From NCBI GenBank assembly GCA_963831745.1, contig CAWHRD010000005.1:93377-157376 (forward strand): a stretch of 64,000 bases of DNA. The letters are read 5' to 3'. Below, piece by piece: positions 41,953 through 51,829 of the stretch. Within the stretch, counting starts at the first letter, position 1. The number at the start of each line of letters is the position of its first letter. The position numbers and the translations under genes are program-made. The DNA comes from an uncultured Chloroflexia bacterium (GTDB lineage Bacteria > Chloroflexota > Limnocylindria > Limnocylindrales > CSP1-4). The notes under the pieces were generated by a model. The model saw only the letters and a program-made list of their open reading frames with translations, made no database searches and was not told where the DNA came from.

Positions 41953-43211
41953 GGCGTCCGGTCCCCCGGCGGCCGGTCCGGGGCCAGGGAGTGCACCGGC
42001 GACGAGATGTGGGCCGGGGAGGTCCCGGCGAGCGCTTCGGACTCGAAGTCACGGAACGACCCGCCGTCGCCAGCCGGCGGTCCCGCGCTCGGCAGCTCGG
42101 CGTCGGCCGCCGGCGGCGGCACCAGGACCTGCCTGCCGTCTCCACCGGGCGGGTAGAGATGGCAGGCGACGCGGACCCCGTCGTCGAACGTGACCTCGGG
42201 TGGGGCGATCTCGGCGCACGCGGGCATCGCGAGCGGACAGCGCGGGTGGAAGCGGCAGCCGGGGGGCGGTGTCCGGAGGTCCGGCGGCGAGCCGGGGATG
42301 ACCTCGAGGTTGCGGCGGTCGGCGTGGATGTTCGGGAACGCCGCGAGGAGCTTCTGCGTGTAGGGGTGGCGCGGCATGCGGAAGATCCGGGCAACGGGAC
42401 CTTCCTCGGCCACCCGACCCGCGTACATCATGAGGACGCGGTCGCAGGTCTCGGCGATGACCGACAGGTCGTGCGTGATGAGGATCAGCGAGAGGCCGAG
42501 CTCGGTCCGCAGTCGCTCGAGGAGCTCCAGGATCTGGGCCTGGACCATGACGTCGAGCGCGGTCGTCGGCTCGTCGCCGATGACGATCGCCGGGTCGCAG
42601 GCGAGGGCCATCGCGATCATCGCCCGCTGGCGCATGCCGCCCGACAGCTCGTGCGGATAGGCCCGCGCCCGGTCCCGGGGGATCCCCACCAGCTCGAGCA
42701 GCTCGCGGGTCCGGCGGGCGGCGTCCGCCTTCGGCACCTGGAGCCGCCGCTCCATCGGCTCGGCGATCTGCTCGCCGATCCGCCGGACCGGGTTGAGGGC
42801 GTTCATGGCGCCCTGGAACACGATCGAGATCTCCCGCCAGCGGTACCGGCGAAGCTGGTTCTCGGTCTTCGGGACCAGGTCGATCCCGTAGAGCTTGACG
42901 CTGCCGGACACGATCCGGGCGTTGGACGGCAGGAGCCCGACGAGCGAGAGGGCGGTCGTCGTCTTCCCGCAGCCGGACTCGCCGGCGATGCCCAGTGCCT
43001 CGCCGTCCCGCAGCGTGAACCCGACGCCGTCAACGGCATTGACCGTCCCCGACTCGAGGGTGAAGTGCGTGGTCAGGCCCTCGACGACGAGCAGCGGCGC
43101 GTCGGGGTCGGCCTGCTTCGGAAGCGGCCATTGGCGCCGGTCGCGGGCCATGGCATTCGCCCCCCGCGACGGCGCGCCCGCGGGGACGGGCGGCGCCTGG
43201 AGCTCGCTCAT
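41949..43211 (-). CDS. oligopeptide/dipeptide ABC transporter ATP-binding protein (OppD-like)
   Basis: [33 protein letters not shown]. Confidence 0.93.
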   Translation of the reverse strand: MSELQAPPVPAGAPSRGANAMARDRRQWPLPKQADPDAPLLVVEGLTTHFTLESGTVNAVDGVGFTLRDGEALGIAGESGCGKTTTALSLVGLLPSNARIVSGSVKLYGIDLVPKTENQLRRYRWREISIVFQGAMNALNPVRRIGEQIAEPMERRLQVPKADAARRTRELLELVGIPRDRARAYPHELSGGMRQRAMIAMALACDPAIVIGDEPTTALDVMVQAQILELLERLRTELGLSLILITHDLSVIAETCDRVLMMYAGRVAEEGPVARIFRMPRHPYTQKLLAAFPNIHADRRNLEVIPGSPPDLRTPPPGCRFHPRCPLAMPACAEIAPPEVTFDDGVRVACHLYPPGGDGRQVLVPPPAADAELPSAGPPAGDGGSFRDFESEALAGTSPAHISSPVHSLAPDRPPGDRTP

Positions 43212-44158
43212 CGGCGGACCCGGAGCCGCGGGTTGAGGACGTCGTCGAGCGCACCACCCACGAGAGTGAAGGCGAGGACGACGAGCACGACGCAGACCGC
43301 CGGCGGCGTGATGAACCACCACGCACCGAGGCCCGGCGCGCCGGACGACTGGGCCGCGTTCAGGATCTGTCCCCAGGATGGGTCGAGTGGGTCACCCAGG
43401 CCGATGAACGCGAGCGTGGTCTCGGTGAGGATTGCGCCGGCGAACACGAGGACGGTGTTCGCGACGATGAGGTTGAGGACGTTCGGCAGGATGTGGCGAC
43501 GCATGATGTGGCCGCCCCCGGCGCCGATGACCCGCGCCCGCGACACGAACGCCCGCTCCTTCACGGAGAGCGCCTGCGAGCGGATGATCCGGGCGGTCGA
43601 CGCCCAGCTCGTCACCCCGATGACGATGACGATGACGAAGAGGGTCGCCCGCATGCCGGCGATCTGGGCATCGGTCCCGATGAGGTCGAGGACGATCGGC
43701 GCCAGGATGAGGGCGAGGACGAACGTCGGCAGGACGAGGAAGAAGTCGGTGATGCGCATCAGCAGCGTGTCGGTCGCCCCGCCGGCATAGCCCGCGACGA
43801 TCCCGATGACCGCACCGATGAGGATCGTCACGATCGTCGCCAGGAGCCCGATCGTCATCGAGATCCGCGCGCCGTGCACCGTCAGGTTGAGCATGTCGCG
43901 CCCGATGTTGTCCGTGCCGAGGATGTGCGCCAGGCTCGGTGGCTCCAGCGCCGAGCCCGACGCCGTCGTGGCGGTCTCGAGCGGCCCGACGAGCAGCGTC
44001 GGCGCGATCGCCATGACCCCGAAGACCGCGAGGATGGCGAGCCCCAGCATGCCGTCCCGCCGCTTCGCGAAGCGGCGGGAAAAGTCGCGTGCGCCCCGGG
44101 CACGGAGGCGCCATCGCTCCGCCCGGAGGCTGCCGGCGTCGACGGCAGGCGCGGTCAC
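43208..44158 (-). CDS. peptide ABC transporter permease (OppC-like)
   Basis: HILGTDNIGRD, GARISM, MRRHILPN, LAFIGLG..SWG. Confidence 0.92.
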   Translation of the reverse strand: MTAPAVDAGSLRAERWRLRARGARDFSRRFAKRRDGMLGLAILAVFGVMAIAPTLLVGPLETATTASGSALEPPSLAHILGTDNIGRDMLNLTVHGARISMTIGLLATIVTILIGAVIGIVAGYAGGATDTLLMRITDFFLVLPTFVLALILAPIVLDLIGTDAQIAGMRATLFVIVIVIGVTSWASTARIIRSQALSVKERAFVSRARVIGAGGGHIMRRHILPNVLNLIVANTVLVFAGAILTETTLAFIGLGDPLDPSWGQILNAAQSSGAPGLGAWWFITPPAVCVVLVVLAFTLVGGALDDVLNPRLRVRR

Positions 44159-45123
44159 GTGCGCACCCGCGGATCGAGCACGCCGTAGAAGAGATCGGCG
44201 ACGAAGTTGGCAAGGATGACCGAGATGCTCAGGAGCACGAAGATCCCCTGGAGGACGGGGTAGTCGCGGGCGTTCAGCGCATCCACGGTGAGCGTGCCGA
44301 GGCCGGGCCAGCCAAACACGACCTCGACGGTGATCGCGCCGGCGATGACGTAGCCGAGGTTGATGGCGATGAGCGTGACCGCGGGCAGCATCGCGTTCGG
44401 CAGCGCGTGGGCGCGCAGGACGAAGCCGTCCGTCAACCCCTTGGCGCGCGCCGTCGTCACGTAGTCCTCGCCCAGGGTGTCGATGACCGACGAGCGCATC
44501 AGGATCGAGTACTGCCCGATGAGCCCGATGGCGACCGTCGCCAGGGGCAGGAAGAGGTGGGACGCGTAGTCGAGGAACTGGTCGATGGGCGACGCATACT
44601 CCGCGCCGATCGTGTACATGCCGCTGGTCGGGAACCAGCCCAGCTCGGCCGCGAAGACGATGAGCAGGATCATGCCGATGACGAAGTAGGGCATGGAGTA
44701 CAGGACGAGCGAGACGCCGTTGCCGACGTAGTCGACCGGGCCCCCGCGGCGCCAGCCCGAGTACGCGCCCAGGGTTAGCCCCACGACGATCGCGATGATC
44801 TCGCCGAGGCCGAACAGGATCAGCGTCGGCCAGATCCGCTCCGACAGGACGTCCACGACCGATCGGCCGCGGAACTTGTAGGAGTCCCCGAGGTCGCCCC
44901 GGATGGTCGCGGTGATGTATGCCACGAGCTGGTCCGGGATGAGCGGTCGGTCGAGGCCCCACTTCGCGCGGAGCTCCTGCCGTGCAGCTTCGGGCATGTT
45001 CCGCGCGATCGCGCGCTCCGGCGAGCCAGGCATCGCGCGGAACAGGACGAAGTTGAGCAGGATCACGAAGATGATCGTCAGGATCGCCTGGGCGATCTTC
45101 CTGACGATGTATCGGCCGCCCAC
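44155..45123 (-). CDS. peptide ABC transporter permease (OppB-like)
   Basis: GDLGDS, EDYVTTARAKGL, HALPNA, EVVFGWPGLG, RDYPVLQG. Confidence 0.93.
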   Translation of the reverse strand: MGGRYIVRKIAQAILTIIFVILLNFVLFRAMPGSPERAIARNMPEAARQELRAKWGLDRPLIPDQLVAYITATIRGDLGDSYKFRGRSVVDVLSERIWPTLILFGLGEIIAIVVGLTLGAYSGWRRGGPVDYVGNGVSLVLYSMPYFVIGMILLIVFAAELGWFPTSGMYTIGAEYASPIDQFLDYASHLFLPLATVAIGLIGQYSILMRSSVIDTLGEDYVTTARAKGLTDGFVLRAHALPNAMLPAVTLIAINLGYVIAGAITVEVVFGWPGLGTLTVDALNARDYPVLQGIFVLLSISVILANFVADLFYGVLDPRVRT

Positions 45124-45223
45124 CTCTCAGGCCTGTCCCCAGCCGAAGGCCGCGCGGAGGCGGCCCTCCGACCGGTCGTACATCGGTGGTCGCTCCGCTG
45201 CCGACGATGCCAGGGTCAGCGGC

Positions 45224-47170
45224 TCATTCCTCCTCACCGCCTCCCGGCCCGGCGGCCCGCCTGCGCCAGGCCACGAAGCCGACGGCGAGGACGGCCACGA
45301 GGGCCACGACCCCGCCGAGCAGGAGCAGGCTGCTGTTCGACCCGGTGCTGTCGGACGAACCCGGCGCCGGCGATGCGCTTGGGGCCGCAGACGGCGCGGC
45401 GCTCGTCGTCGGGCTTCCGCTCGCGCCCGCGCTCGGGCTGGCCGCGGGCGATGTGCTCGGCTCCACGCCGGCCACCGTCAGCGTCGTGTAGTTGAGCGTC
45501 CCCATGACGAAGAACGGCGTGCCGCCCTTCGTCGGCATCGTCTGCCAGTTGCCGAACTTGTCGGTGTGGTAGACGTGCAGCTCCGAGCTGTTGGTGAGGA
45601 TGTGGTACGGGGCGTCGTTGTAGATGATCTGCTGCATCTCGGCGACCGGCGCCTTGCGCGCGTCGGCGTTCGGCGCCTCGTTCTGCTGCGTGTACAGCTC
45701 GTCATACCTCGGGTTCGAGTACTGGCTGTCGCTCGAGCCCCCGATCTCGCTGGTCAGGAAGATCCGGAGGAGGCTGTTCGGGTCGCTCGTGTCGCCGACC
45801 CAGCCCCAGAGGAACATGTCGTAGGCGAGCTTGCCCTTGGCAGGCGTGTCCGCCGTCGGGCCGATGAGCAGGTCGGTCAGCGTGTTGTCGTCCAGCGCCG
45901 AGCCCTTCACCTTGATCCCGAGCTGGCCGAACCAGTCCGTGATGAACTGGGCGTACGTGGCGTAGTCGGCGCCCGAGGTGGGCCAGTACAGCCGGAGATT
46001 GATCGGCTTGTTCTGCTTGTCGAGGCGGTTGCCGTCCGCGTCGAGGATGTAGCCGGCGTCCACGAGCTTCTGCTTCGCCAGCTCGATGTCGAAGGTCCGG
46101 GGATTCGCCGGCTCGACGTGCTGCGTCGTGTAGAACGGCGGCACGTGGGTCGTCCCGACCGTGCCGTGGCCCAGGAGGATCTTGTCGAGCAGCACCTGCT
46201 TGTCGATCGCGTAGCCGAGGGCGTCGCGGAAGGCCGGGTCGGCGACCGCCGTCGTGGAGGCCCCGCCGCCGGGGACGGGCTTCGTCCAGCAGTTGAAGGC
46301 GAGCTCGTCGAAGCCGGTCGCTTCCGCGTCGAGGGCGACGGTGTTCGGGAGCGTCTTGAGCTGGTCGAACTGCTGGGAGGACGGGTTGCGGATGTAGTCG
46401 ACCTCGCCCGCCTTGAAAGCCTGCACCATCGTGTCCTGGGCGTCCGGGAAGAAGCGGAGGACCACCTCGTCCGCGGCACCCTTCGTGCCCCAGTAGTAGG
46501 GGTTGCGGGCGAAACGGGCGAACTGGCCGGTCTTCCACTCGACGGCCACGTACGGCCCGGTCCCGACGACCGGCACGTCGTTCGCGAAGTCGCCCACGTT
46601 CTTGGGCGTGTACTTCTCCCAGACGTGCTTGGGCAGGATCGGCGCGTCCATCAGGAGGACCTTGTCGGTCGGGTACTTCGTCGTGACGATGAGCGTCTCC
46701 GGGTCCGGGGCGCTGACGGAGGCGATCCCGGCGTTCGTGAAGTAGGCCGAGATGTACGTGTAGCCGATCGCGTCGCCGGCCTTGTCACCGTCGAGGACGA
46801 ACTGGATCGTCCAGCGAGCGTCTTCGCTCGTCGCCGGCTGGCCATCCGACCACTTCATCCCTGGCCGGATCTTGAACGTCCACGTCTTCGGGTCGGTCGT
46901 GGACTGCTGCCACGACGTGGCGAAACCCGGCACGGGTGTGAGGTCGTTCGCGAAGCCCACGAGGAGGTCGTAGTTCAGCTGGAACGCCTCGTAGTCGATC
47001 ATGAGGTAGGCGTTCCATGGGTTCATCGAGCTCAGGTCCTGCGTCGTTCCGACGGTGAGGACGAGCTTGTCGGCGGCGGTGGCGGGGGCACCTGCCGGCA
47101 GGAGCAGCGCGCCCGCCAGGCTGATCGCCGTGAGCAGGCGGAAGAAGCGATGGCCAACGGGTGCGCGCAT
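45224..47170 (-). CDS. peptide ABC transporter substrate-binding protein (family 5) with C-terminal TM anchor
   Basis: signal peptide; WTFKIRPGMKWSDGQP, VGTGPY; S/A/P linker, TM helix and RRR at C-terminus. Confidence 0.9.
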   Translation of the reverse strand: MRAPVGHRFFRLLTAISLAGALLLPAGAPATAADKLVLTVGTTQDLSSMNPWNAYLMIDYEAFQLNYDLLVGFANDLTPVPGFATSWQQSTTDPKTWTFKIRPGMKWSDGQPATSEDARWTIQFVLDGDKAGDAIGYTYISAYFTNAGIASVSAPDPETLIVTTKYPTDKVLLMDAPILPKHVWEKYTPKNVGDFANDVPVVGTGPYVAVEWKTGQFARFARNPYYWGTKGAADEVVLRFFPDAQDTMVQAFKAGEVDYIRNPSSQQFDQLKTLPNTVALDAEATGFDELAFNCWTKPVPGGGASTTAVADPAFRDALGYAIDKQVLLDKILLGHGTVGTTHVPPFYTTQHVEPANPRTFDIELAKQKLVDAGYILDADGNRLDKQNKPINLRLYWPTSGADYATYAQFITDWFGQLGIKVKGSALDDNTLTDLLIGPTADTPAKGKLAYDMFLWGWVGDTSDPNSLLRIFLTSEIGGSSDSQYSNPRYDELYTQQNEAPNADARKAPVAEMQQIIYNDAPYHILTNSSELHVYHTDKFGNWQTMPTKGGTPFFVMGTLNYTTLTVAGVEPSTSPAASPSAGASGSPTTSAAPSAAPSASPAPGSSDSTGSNSSLLLLGGVVALVAVLAVGFVAWRRRAAGPGGGEEE

Positions 47171-47407
47171 CGGAACTCCTCTCGATCGGCGTCCCGGGGG
47201 CGCTTCAGGACGATCCATGGGGCCGGTCTCCCCGCTGCCCCGCACCACTCTAGGCACGTGCACGCGGCCCGGTCAATCTGCGGCGCGCCCGGCGGGCTCC
47301 CGCGCGTCCGCCGGAGATACGTCGGCGCGGCGGCGGCGGTTCACGTCAGCAGGCCGGGGTCGCCGGTCCCGGCGATCGGATGCGGCGCCCGGCCAGGCCG
47401 TCGCCCG

Positions 47408-48166
47408 TCACTGCATGCGGGCCGCCTGCTCAGCGACAGCCGCCGGGTCGAGCGGCAGAACCACGACGAAGGACCCGTTCATGAGGTTGCCGCCCCGCCG
47501 CGGGCCGCGCTGGAACGGTACGAAGTGGCGCGCCAGCGCGGCCGGCGTGAGCCGTGAGCCCGGTGGAATCGTCGGCCCGCGGCTGTTCGTGGGCCGCGGC
47601 CACCACGGGTCGCTGACGACGAGGGACTCGACGGTGGCCCGCGGCGCGAACGCCGGATCGGCGCTTGCCCGGAAGCCGCTCACGACCCAGGCGTGGACTC
47701 CCTGCCAGACGAGCAGGCCGGCCGGCCGGCCGGTGGTCCGGATCGCGACCGCCACTGCGCGCAGGGCGGCGGACCGCGTGGCGTACGCCCGGACGCGGTA
47801 GGGGCCCCCGCCCATGCGCTCGAGCGAGTAGGCCCACCCGCGTGCCGAGGCGCCGCCGGAGCGGCGGACGAACACCGGGTTGCTCATCCGCTGGGCGGTC
47901 TTCAGGGCGCGGGCCTGGGTCGCCGCGGACCGGTCGGCCCCGTCGCGGATGATGTTGAGCATGATCTGGATGCTGGCCCCGACGCAGGCGACGTCGGTGA
48001 CCTGCGACACGAAGTCGCCGCCCTGGAGAAGGTCGAGGCGGTACTCGCGCCCGCCGACGGCGGCCGGTGACGCGGCCGACACGACCGGCGGTGCCAGCGC
48101 AGCGACGAGCGCCGGCACCAGCGCGAGGACGACGAGCAGCGGAGCACGGGACCTGGGACGCACCAC
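47408..48166 (-). CDS. secreted papain-like (C39-like) cysteine peptidase domain protein
   Basis: signal peptide; SQ..ACVGAS (Gln/Cys), HAWVVSG (His), VSDPW (Asp). Confidence 0.6.
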   Translation of the reverse strand: MVRPRSRAPLLVVLALVPALVAALAPPVVSAASPAAVGGREYRLDLLQGGDFVSQVTDVACVGASIQIMLNIIRDGADRSAATQARALKTAQRMSNPVFVRRSGGASARGWAYSLERMGGGPYRVRAYATRSAALRAVAVAIRTTGRPAGLLVWQGVHAWVVSGFRASADPAFAPRATVESLVVSDPWWPRPTNSRGPTIPPGSRLTPAALARHFVPFQRGPRRGGNLMNGSFVVVLPLDPAAVAEQAARMQ

Positions 48167-48320
48167 GCCATGATGCCGCGCCCGGCGCGATCCGTCACCG
48201 CCGGGCGCGATTCGTCCGTCCGGTGTCGTCACCCTCGAGGAAGACGGACGCCGTGACCGCTCCATGAGCAACCTGGGCGAGGCGCGGGGCACGGGCGGCG
48301 GACCGCAGGCGCCCGGCACC

Positions 48321-49241
48321 CTAGCCCCGGTCGAGGTCTTCCAGCACGGGGGCCAGCGCGTCGAGCGAGGCGAGCGTGATCGGGTCCACCACGAGCTGGA
48401 CGTGGGCGATCCCCTCCGCGGCGAACGCGCGCAGCATCGCGGCGATCTCCGCCGCCGAGCCCTCGACCGGCGGGATGGCGGCCTGGGCCGGGTCGCCGGA
48501 CGCCCGCCCGCGCCCGCCGGGCAGCCGGATCAGCACGGCCGCGGTGCGCTCGATCGCGGCGGGGTCGCGCCCCGCTGCCCGGGCCGCGGCGTCCACGCGC
48601 TCGCGGAGCGGCGCGATGCCGGCCGGCCGGTTCCCGAACGCGTCGAACCAGGCGTTCCAGGCGTCCACGTGGGGCGCCGAGATCTCCAGCATCCGCGGCC
48701 CCGTGGAGCCGATCATCAGCGGCAGCCCGCCCGGCCGCGCCCGCGGCACCAGCTCGCAGTCGCGGGCGGTGAAGAACTCGCCCTCGAAGTCGATCGACCC
48801 GTCGCGCAGCAGCGTCCGGATGATCGTGAACGCCTCCGCGAAGCGGCTGACCCGGCGGTCGAACGGGAAGCCGAAGGCGGCGAACTCGGTCTCGTTCCAG
48901 CCCGCCCCGAGGCCCAGGACGAGGCGGCCGCCGCTGATCTCGTCGACCGTGGCGGCCTGCTTGGCCAGCATCGCGGGGGCATGGAAGGCGGTCGCGGCGA
49001 CGAGCGGGCCGAGGGTGATCCGGGATGTGGCAGCGGCGAGGCCCGCGAGCAGGGTCCAGGCCTCCCACGGGCCGCGGGCGCGGTCGTCGCCCGGGCGGCG
49101 ATACAACAGATGGTCGCCGCACCAGAGGGAATCGAAGCCGAGCTCCTCCGCGCGCACGGCCATCGCGCGCAGGTCCGCCCAGCGAGGCTCCCACTCGACC
49201 TCGGGGAGCTGCACCCCAACCTTCAGCAGACGACCGGGCAT
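48321..49241 (-). CDS. LLM-class flavin-dependent oxidoreductase
   Basis: AEELGFDSLWCGDH, LAAATSRITLG, SGGRLVLGLGAGW. Confidence 0.9.
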   Translation of the reverse strand: MPGRLLKVGVQLPEVEWEPRWADLRAMAVRAEELGFDSLWCGDHLLYRRPGDDRARGPWEAWTLLAGLAAATSRITLGPLVAATAFHAPAMLAKQAATVDEISGGRLVLGLGAGWNETEFAAFGFPFDRRVSRFAEAFTIIRTLLRDGSIDFEGEFFTARDCELVPRARPGGLPLMIGSTGPRMLEISAPHVDAWNAWFDAFGNRPAGIAPLRERVDAAARAAGRDPAAIERTAAVLIRLPGGRGRASGDPAQAAIPPVEGSAAEIAAMLRAFAAEGIAHVQLVVDPITLASLDALAPVLEDLDRG

Positions 49242-49295
49242 CGCGGAGCCTCCTGTGCGAGTCGAGTGAGGTCAACCCGGGGCGACGGCCGGGCC

Positions 49296-49360
49296 GGGCC
49301 GCGGGCCGGAGCCTCCGGGCGGGCCGCGGGCCGGAGCCTCCGGGCGGGCCGCGGGCCGGA
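49296..49360. repeat. 25-bp tandem repeat (2.6 copies) with internal hairpin
   Basis: GGGCCGCGGGCCGGAGCCTCCGGGC x2 plus 15 bp; CCGGA-GCC-TCCGG in each unit. Confidence 0.8.
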
Positions 49361-49578
49361 ACGGCGGCCCGAACCCCCGGGCGGATCGTAGGCCATCCGG
49401 CCGCCTCCCGACCCGCCGAGGGAGAGGCGATGCGGCCGCCTCCGGCCCACCGAGGGACAGGCCATCCGGCCGTAGCGCAGCGGCGGCATTCGGGACATCA
49501 TCGGCTGCCGGCGGTCCCCTGCATGGACGGCAGGGCCGCCCCACCGCCGGGCCGGGCCAGCCTGCAGCGGGGTCACAC

Positions 49579-50643
49579 ATGTCGTCGAACGAACAGGGCC
49601 GCGACGCGCCGACGGCCACGGGGCTCACGGCCGCCTCGGCCGCCTCACCCGTTTCGGCCGCCTCGGCCGCCTCACCCGTTTCGGCCGCCTCCCCCGCCTC
49701 GGCCGCGGGGCCCGTCCTCGTCTGCCGCGACCTGCGCAAGCGCTACGGCGAGCGCCAGGCCGTCGACGGCGTCGGCTTCGAGATCGCCGCCGGCGAGACC
49801 TACGGCCTGCTCGGCCCCAACGGCGCGGGCAAGACCACCTCGATCTCGATGATCTGCGGGCTCCTGCGCCGCGACGGCGGCGAGGTCATGGTCGCCGGGC
49901 GCCCGGTCGACATCGGGGCGACCGACGCCAAGGCCGCCATCGGCTACGTCCCACAGGACCTGGCGATCTACCCGGACCTGACGGCGCGCGAGAACCTGCG
50001 CTTCTTCGGGCGCCTCCAGCGGCTGCGGGGGAAGGAGCTCGAGCGACGCGTCGACGAGGTCCTCGCGATCATCGACCTGGTCGACCGGGCGGGCGACCGC
50101 ACCGAGGGCTACTCGGGCGGGATGAAGCGCCGCCTCAACATCGGCATCGGGCTGCTCCACCGCCCCCGGCTCCTGGTTCTCGACGAGCCGACGGTGGGCG
50201 TCGACCCGCAGAGCCGGAACGCGATCCTTTCCAGCGTCGCGGCCCTCGAGCAGGAGGGGATGGCGATCCTCTACACGACCCACTACATGGAGGAGGCCGA
50301 GCGGCTCTGCGACCGGATCGGGATCATCGACGAGGGGAGGATCCGGGCCGAGGGGACGCGGCGCGAGCTGGTGGCCCTCGTCGGCGAGAAGGATCGCGTG
50401 CAGCTGACGGCCGGCGGGACGGTGGGACCGGCGATGGCGGCCCTGCGCGCGCTCGAAGGGGTGGAGGACGTCACCGCCTCCGACGGGCGGATCGAGCTGG
50501 TCGTCCAGGACGCGCGCCACCGCCTCACCGGCATCCTCGAGACCGCGGCCGAGGCCGGGGCCGTCGTGCGCAGCGTGGAGGTGGTCGAGCCGGACCTCGA
50601 GGCGGTCTTCCTGCACCTCACCGGCAAGGCCCTGCGGGACTGA
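49579..50643 (+). CDS. ABC-2 exporter ATP-binding protein
   Basis: GPNGAGKT, YSGGMKRR, LDEPTVGVD, THYMEEAE; N-terminal 27-bp repeats encoding SAASAASPV. Confidence 0.93.
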   Translation: MSSNEQGRDAPTATGLTAASAASPVSAASAASPVSAASPASAAGPVLVCRDLRKRYGERQAVDGVGFEIAAGETYGLLGPNGAGKTTSISMICGLLRRDGGEVMVAGRPVDIGATDAKAAIGYVPQDLAIYPDLTARENLRFFGRLQRLRGKELERRVDEVLAIIDLVDRAGDRTEGYSGGMKRRLNIGIGLLHRPRLLVLDEPTVGVDPQSRNAILSSVAALEQEGMAILYTTHYMEEAERLCDRIGIIDEGRIRAEGTRRELVALVGEKDRVQLTAGGTVGPAMAALRALEGVEDVTASDGRIELVVQDARHRLTGILETAAEAGAVVRSVEVVEPDLEAVFLHLTGKALRD

Positions 50644-50653
50644 GGACGAGGCC

Positions 50654-51829
50654 ATGCGTGCCGCGCTCGTCATCGCCGCCAAGGACCTGCGCCAGAAGCT
50701 CCGCGACCGCTCCGTGCTGCTGATGGCCGTGGCCGCGCCCCTCGGGCTCGCGTTCCTCTTCTCGACGATGATCCCGAACCAGGACACCTTCCACACTTCG
50801 TACGCCGTGGTCGACCTCGACCGGGGCGAGATCGCCCGGGGGCTGGTGGACGGCCCGCTCGCCGGGCTCGCCGAGGCGGACGTCGCGACGCTCGTGCCGA
50901 CCGCCAGCGAGGCGGACGCCCGGGCCGCGGTCGAGGCCGGGGACGTCGACGCGGCGATCGTGATCCCGGCCGGCTTCACGGCCGACCTGCAGGCAGGCCG
51001 GCCGGCCACGCTGCTGGTCATCGGCGGTCCCTCGAGCCTGCCGCCGGAGGTCGCACGGAGCGTGCTCGTCGGGTTCGGCAGCCAGGTCACCGCCGTCCAG
51101 GTCGCGGTGGGCACGGTCCTCGCCGCCGCGACCGCGTCGCCGGGCCCCACGGCGGCGGCGGAGATCGCGCGGGCGGCGATGGCCGCCCCGGCCCCGATCG
51201 CCGTCGTCGCCGGCGAGACCGCGGATCGGAGCGCCTCGACGAAGACCTTCTACGGCGCCTCGATGGCCGTGCTCTTCGTCTTCTTCGCGGCCCAGTTCGG
51301 CGTCCTGGGCCTGCTCGCCGAGCGGCGCAACGGGACGCTGGCGCGGATGCTCGCGGCCCCCATCGCCCCGGCGACCATCCTGCTCGGCAAGGTCCTGGTC
51401 AGCCTGGTGGTCTCCGCCACCTCGATGACCGTGATCGTGGCGGCGACGACGCTCTTCATGGGCGCGGACTGGGGCGATCCGCTGGCCGTGGCCGCGCTGG
51501 TGCTGGCGATCTCCCTCGCCGCCACCGGCATCGCGACCCTGATCGTCGGGTTCGCGAAGACCGAGGACCAGGCGTCGAGCTTCATCGCCGTGGTCGCCAT
51601 GACGCTGGCCGTCTTCGGCGGCTCGTTCTTCCGGATGTCGCAGGCGCCCGAGGGGATGGCCGCGCTGAGCATCTTCACCCCGCACGCCTGGTTCCTGCGG
51701 GGGATCGACGACCTGGCCGGCGGCGGCGGCATCGCCGTCGTCGCGCCGTCGCTGCTCGTGCTGACCGCGGTCGGCCTGTTGTCCGGCGGGATCGGCCTGC
51801 TGCGGGCGCGGCAGGTGGTGGCGCCGTGA
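50654..51829 (+). CDS. ABC-2 exporter permease
   Basis: KDLRQKLRD, large extracytoplasmic loop, ERRNGTLARM, TPHAW. Confidence 0.88.
   Translation: MRAALVIAAKDLRQKLRDRSVLLMAVAAPLGLAFLFSTMIPNQDTFHTSYAVVDLDRGEIARGLVDGPLAGLAEADVATLVPTASEADARAAVEAGDVDAAIVIPAGFTADLQAGRPATLLVIGGPSSLPPEVARSVLVGFGSQVTAVQVAVGTVLAAATASPGPTAAAEIARAAMAAPAPIAVVAGETADRSASTKTFYGASMAVLFVFFAAQFGVLGLLAERRNGTLARMLAAPIAPATILLGKVLVSLVVSATSMTVIVAATTLFMGADWGDPLAVAALVLAISLAATGIATLIVGFAKTEDQASSFIAVVAMTLAVFGGSFFRMSQAPEGMAALSIFTPHAWFLRGIDDLAGGGGIAVVAPSLLVLTAVGLLSGGIGLLRARQVVAP

Noticed and set aside
49296-49360. Possible CRISPR array (also 40716-40781)
   Set aside because: No unique spacers of regular length, at most 2-3 copies, and no cas genes in the window.
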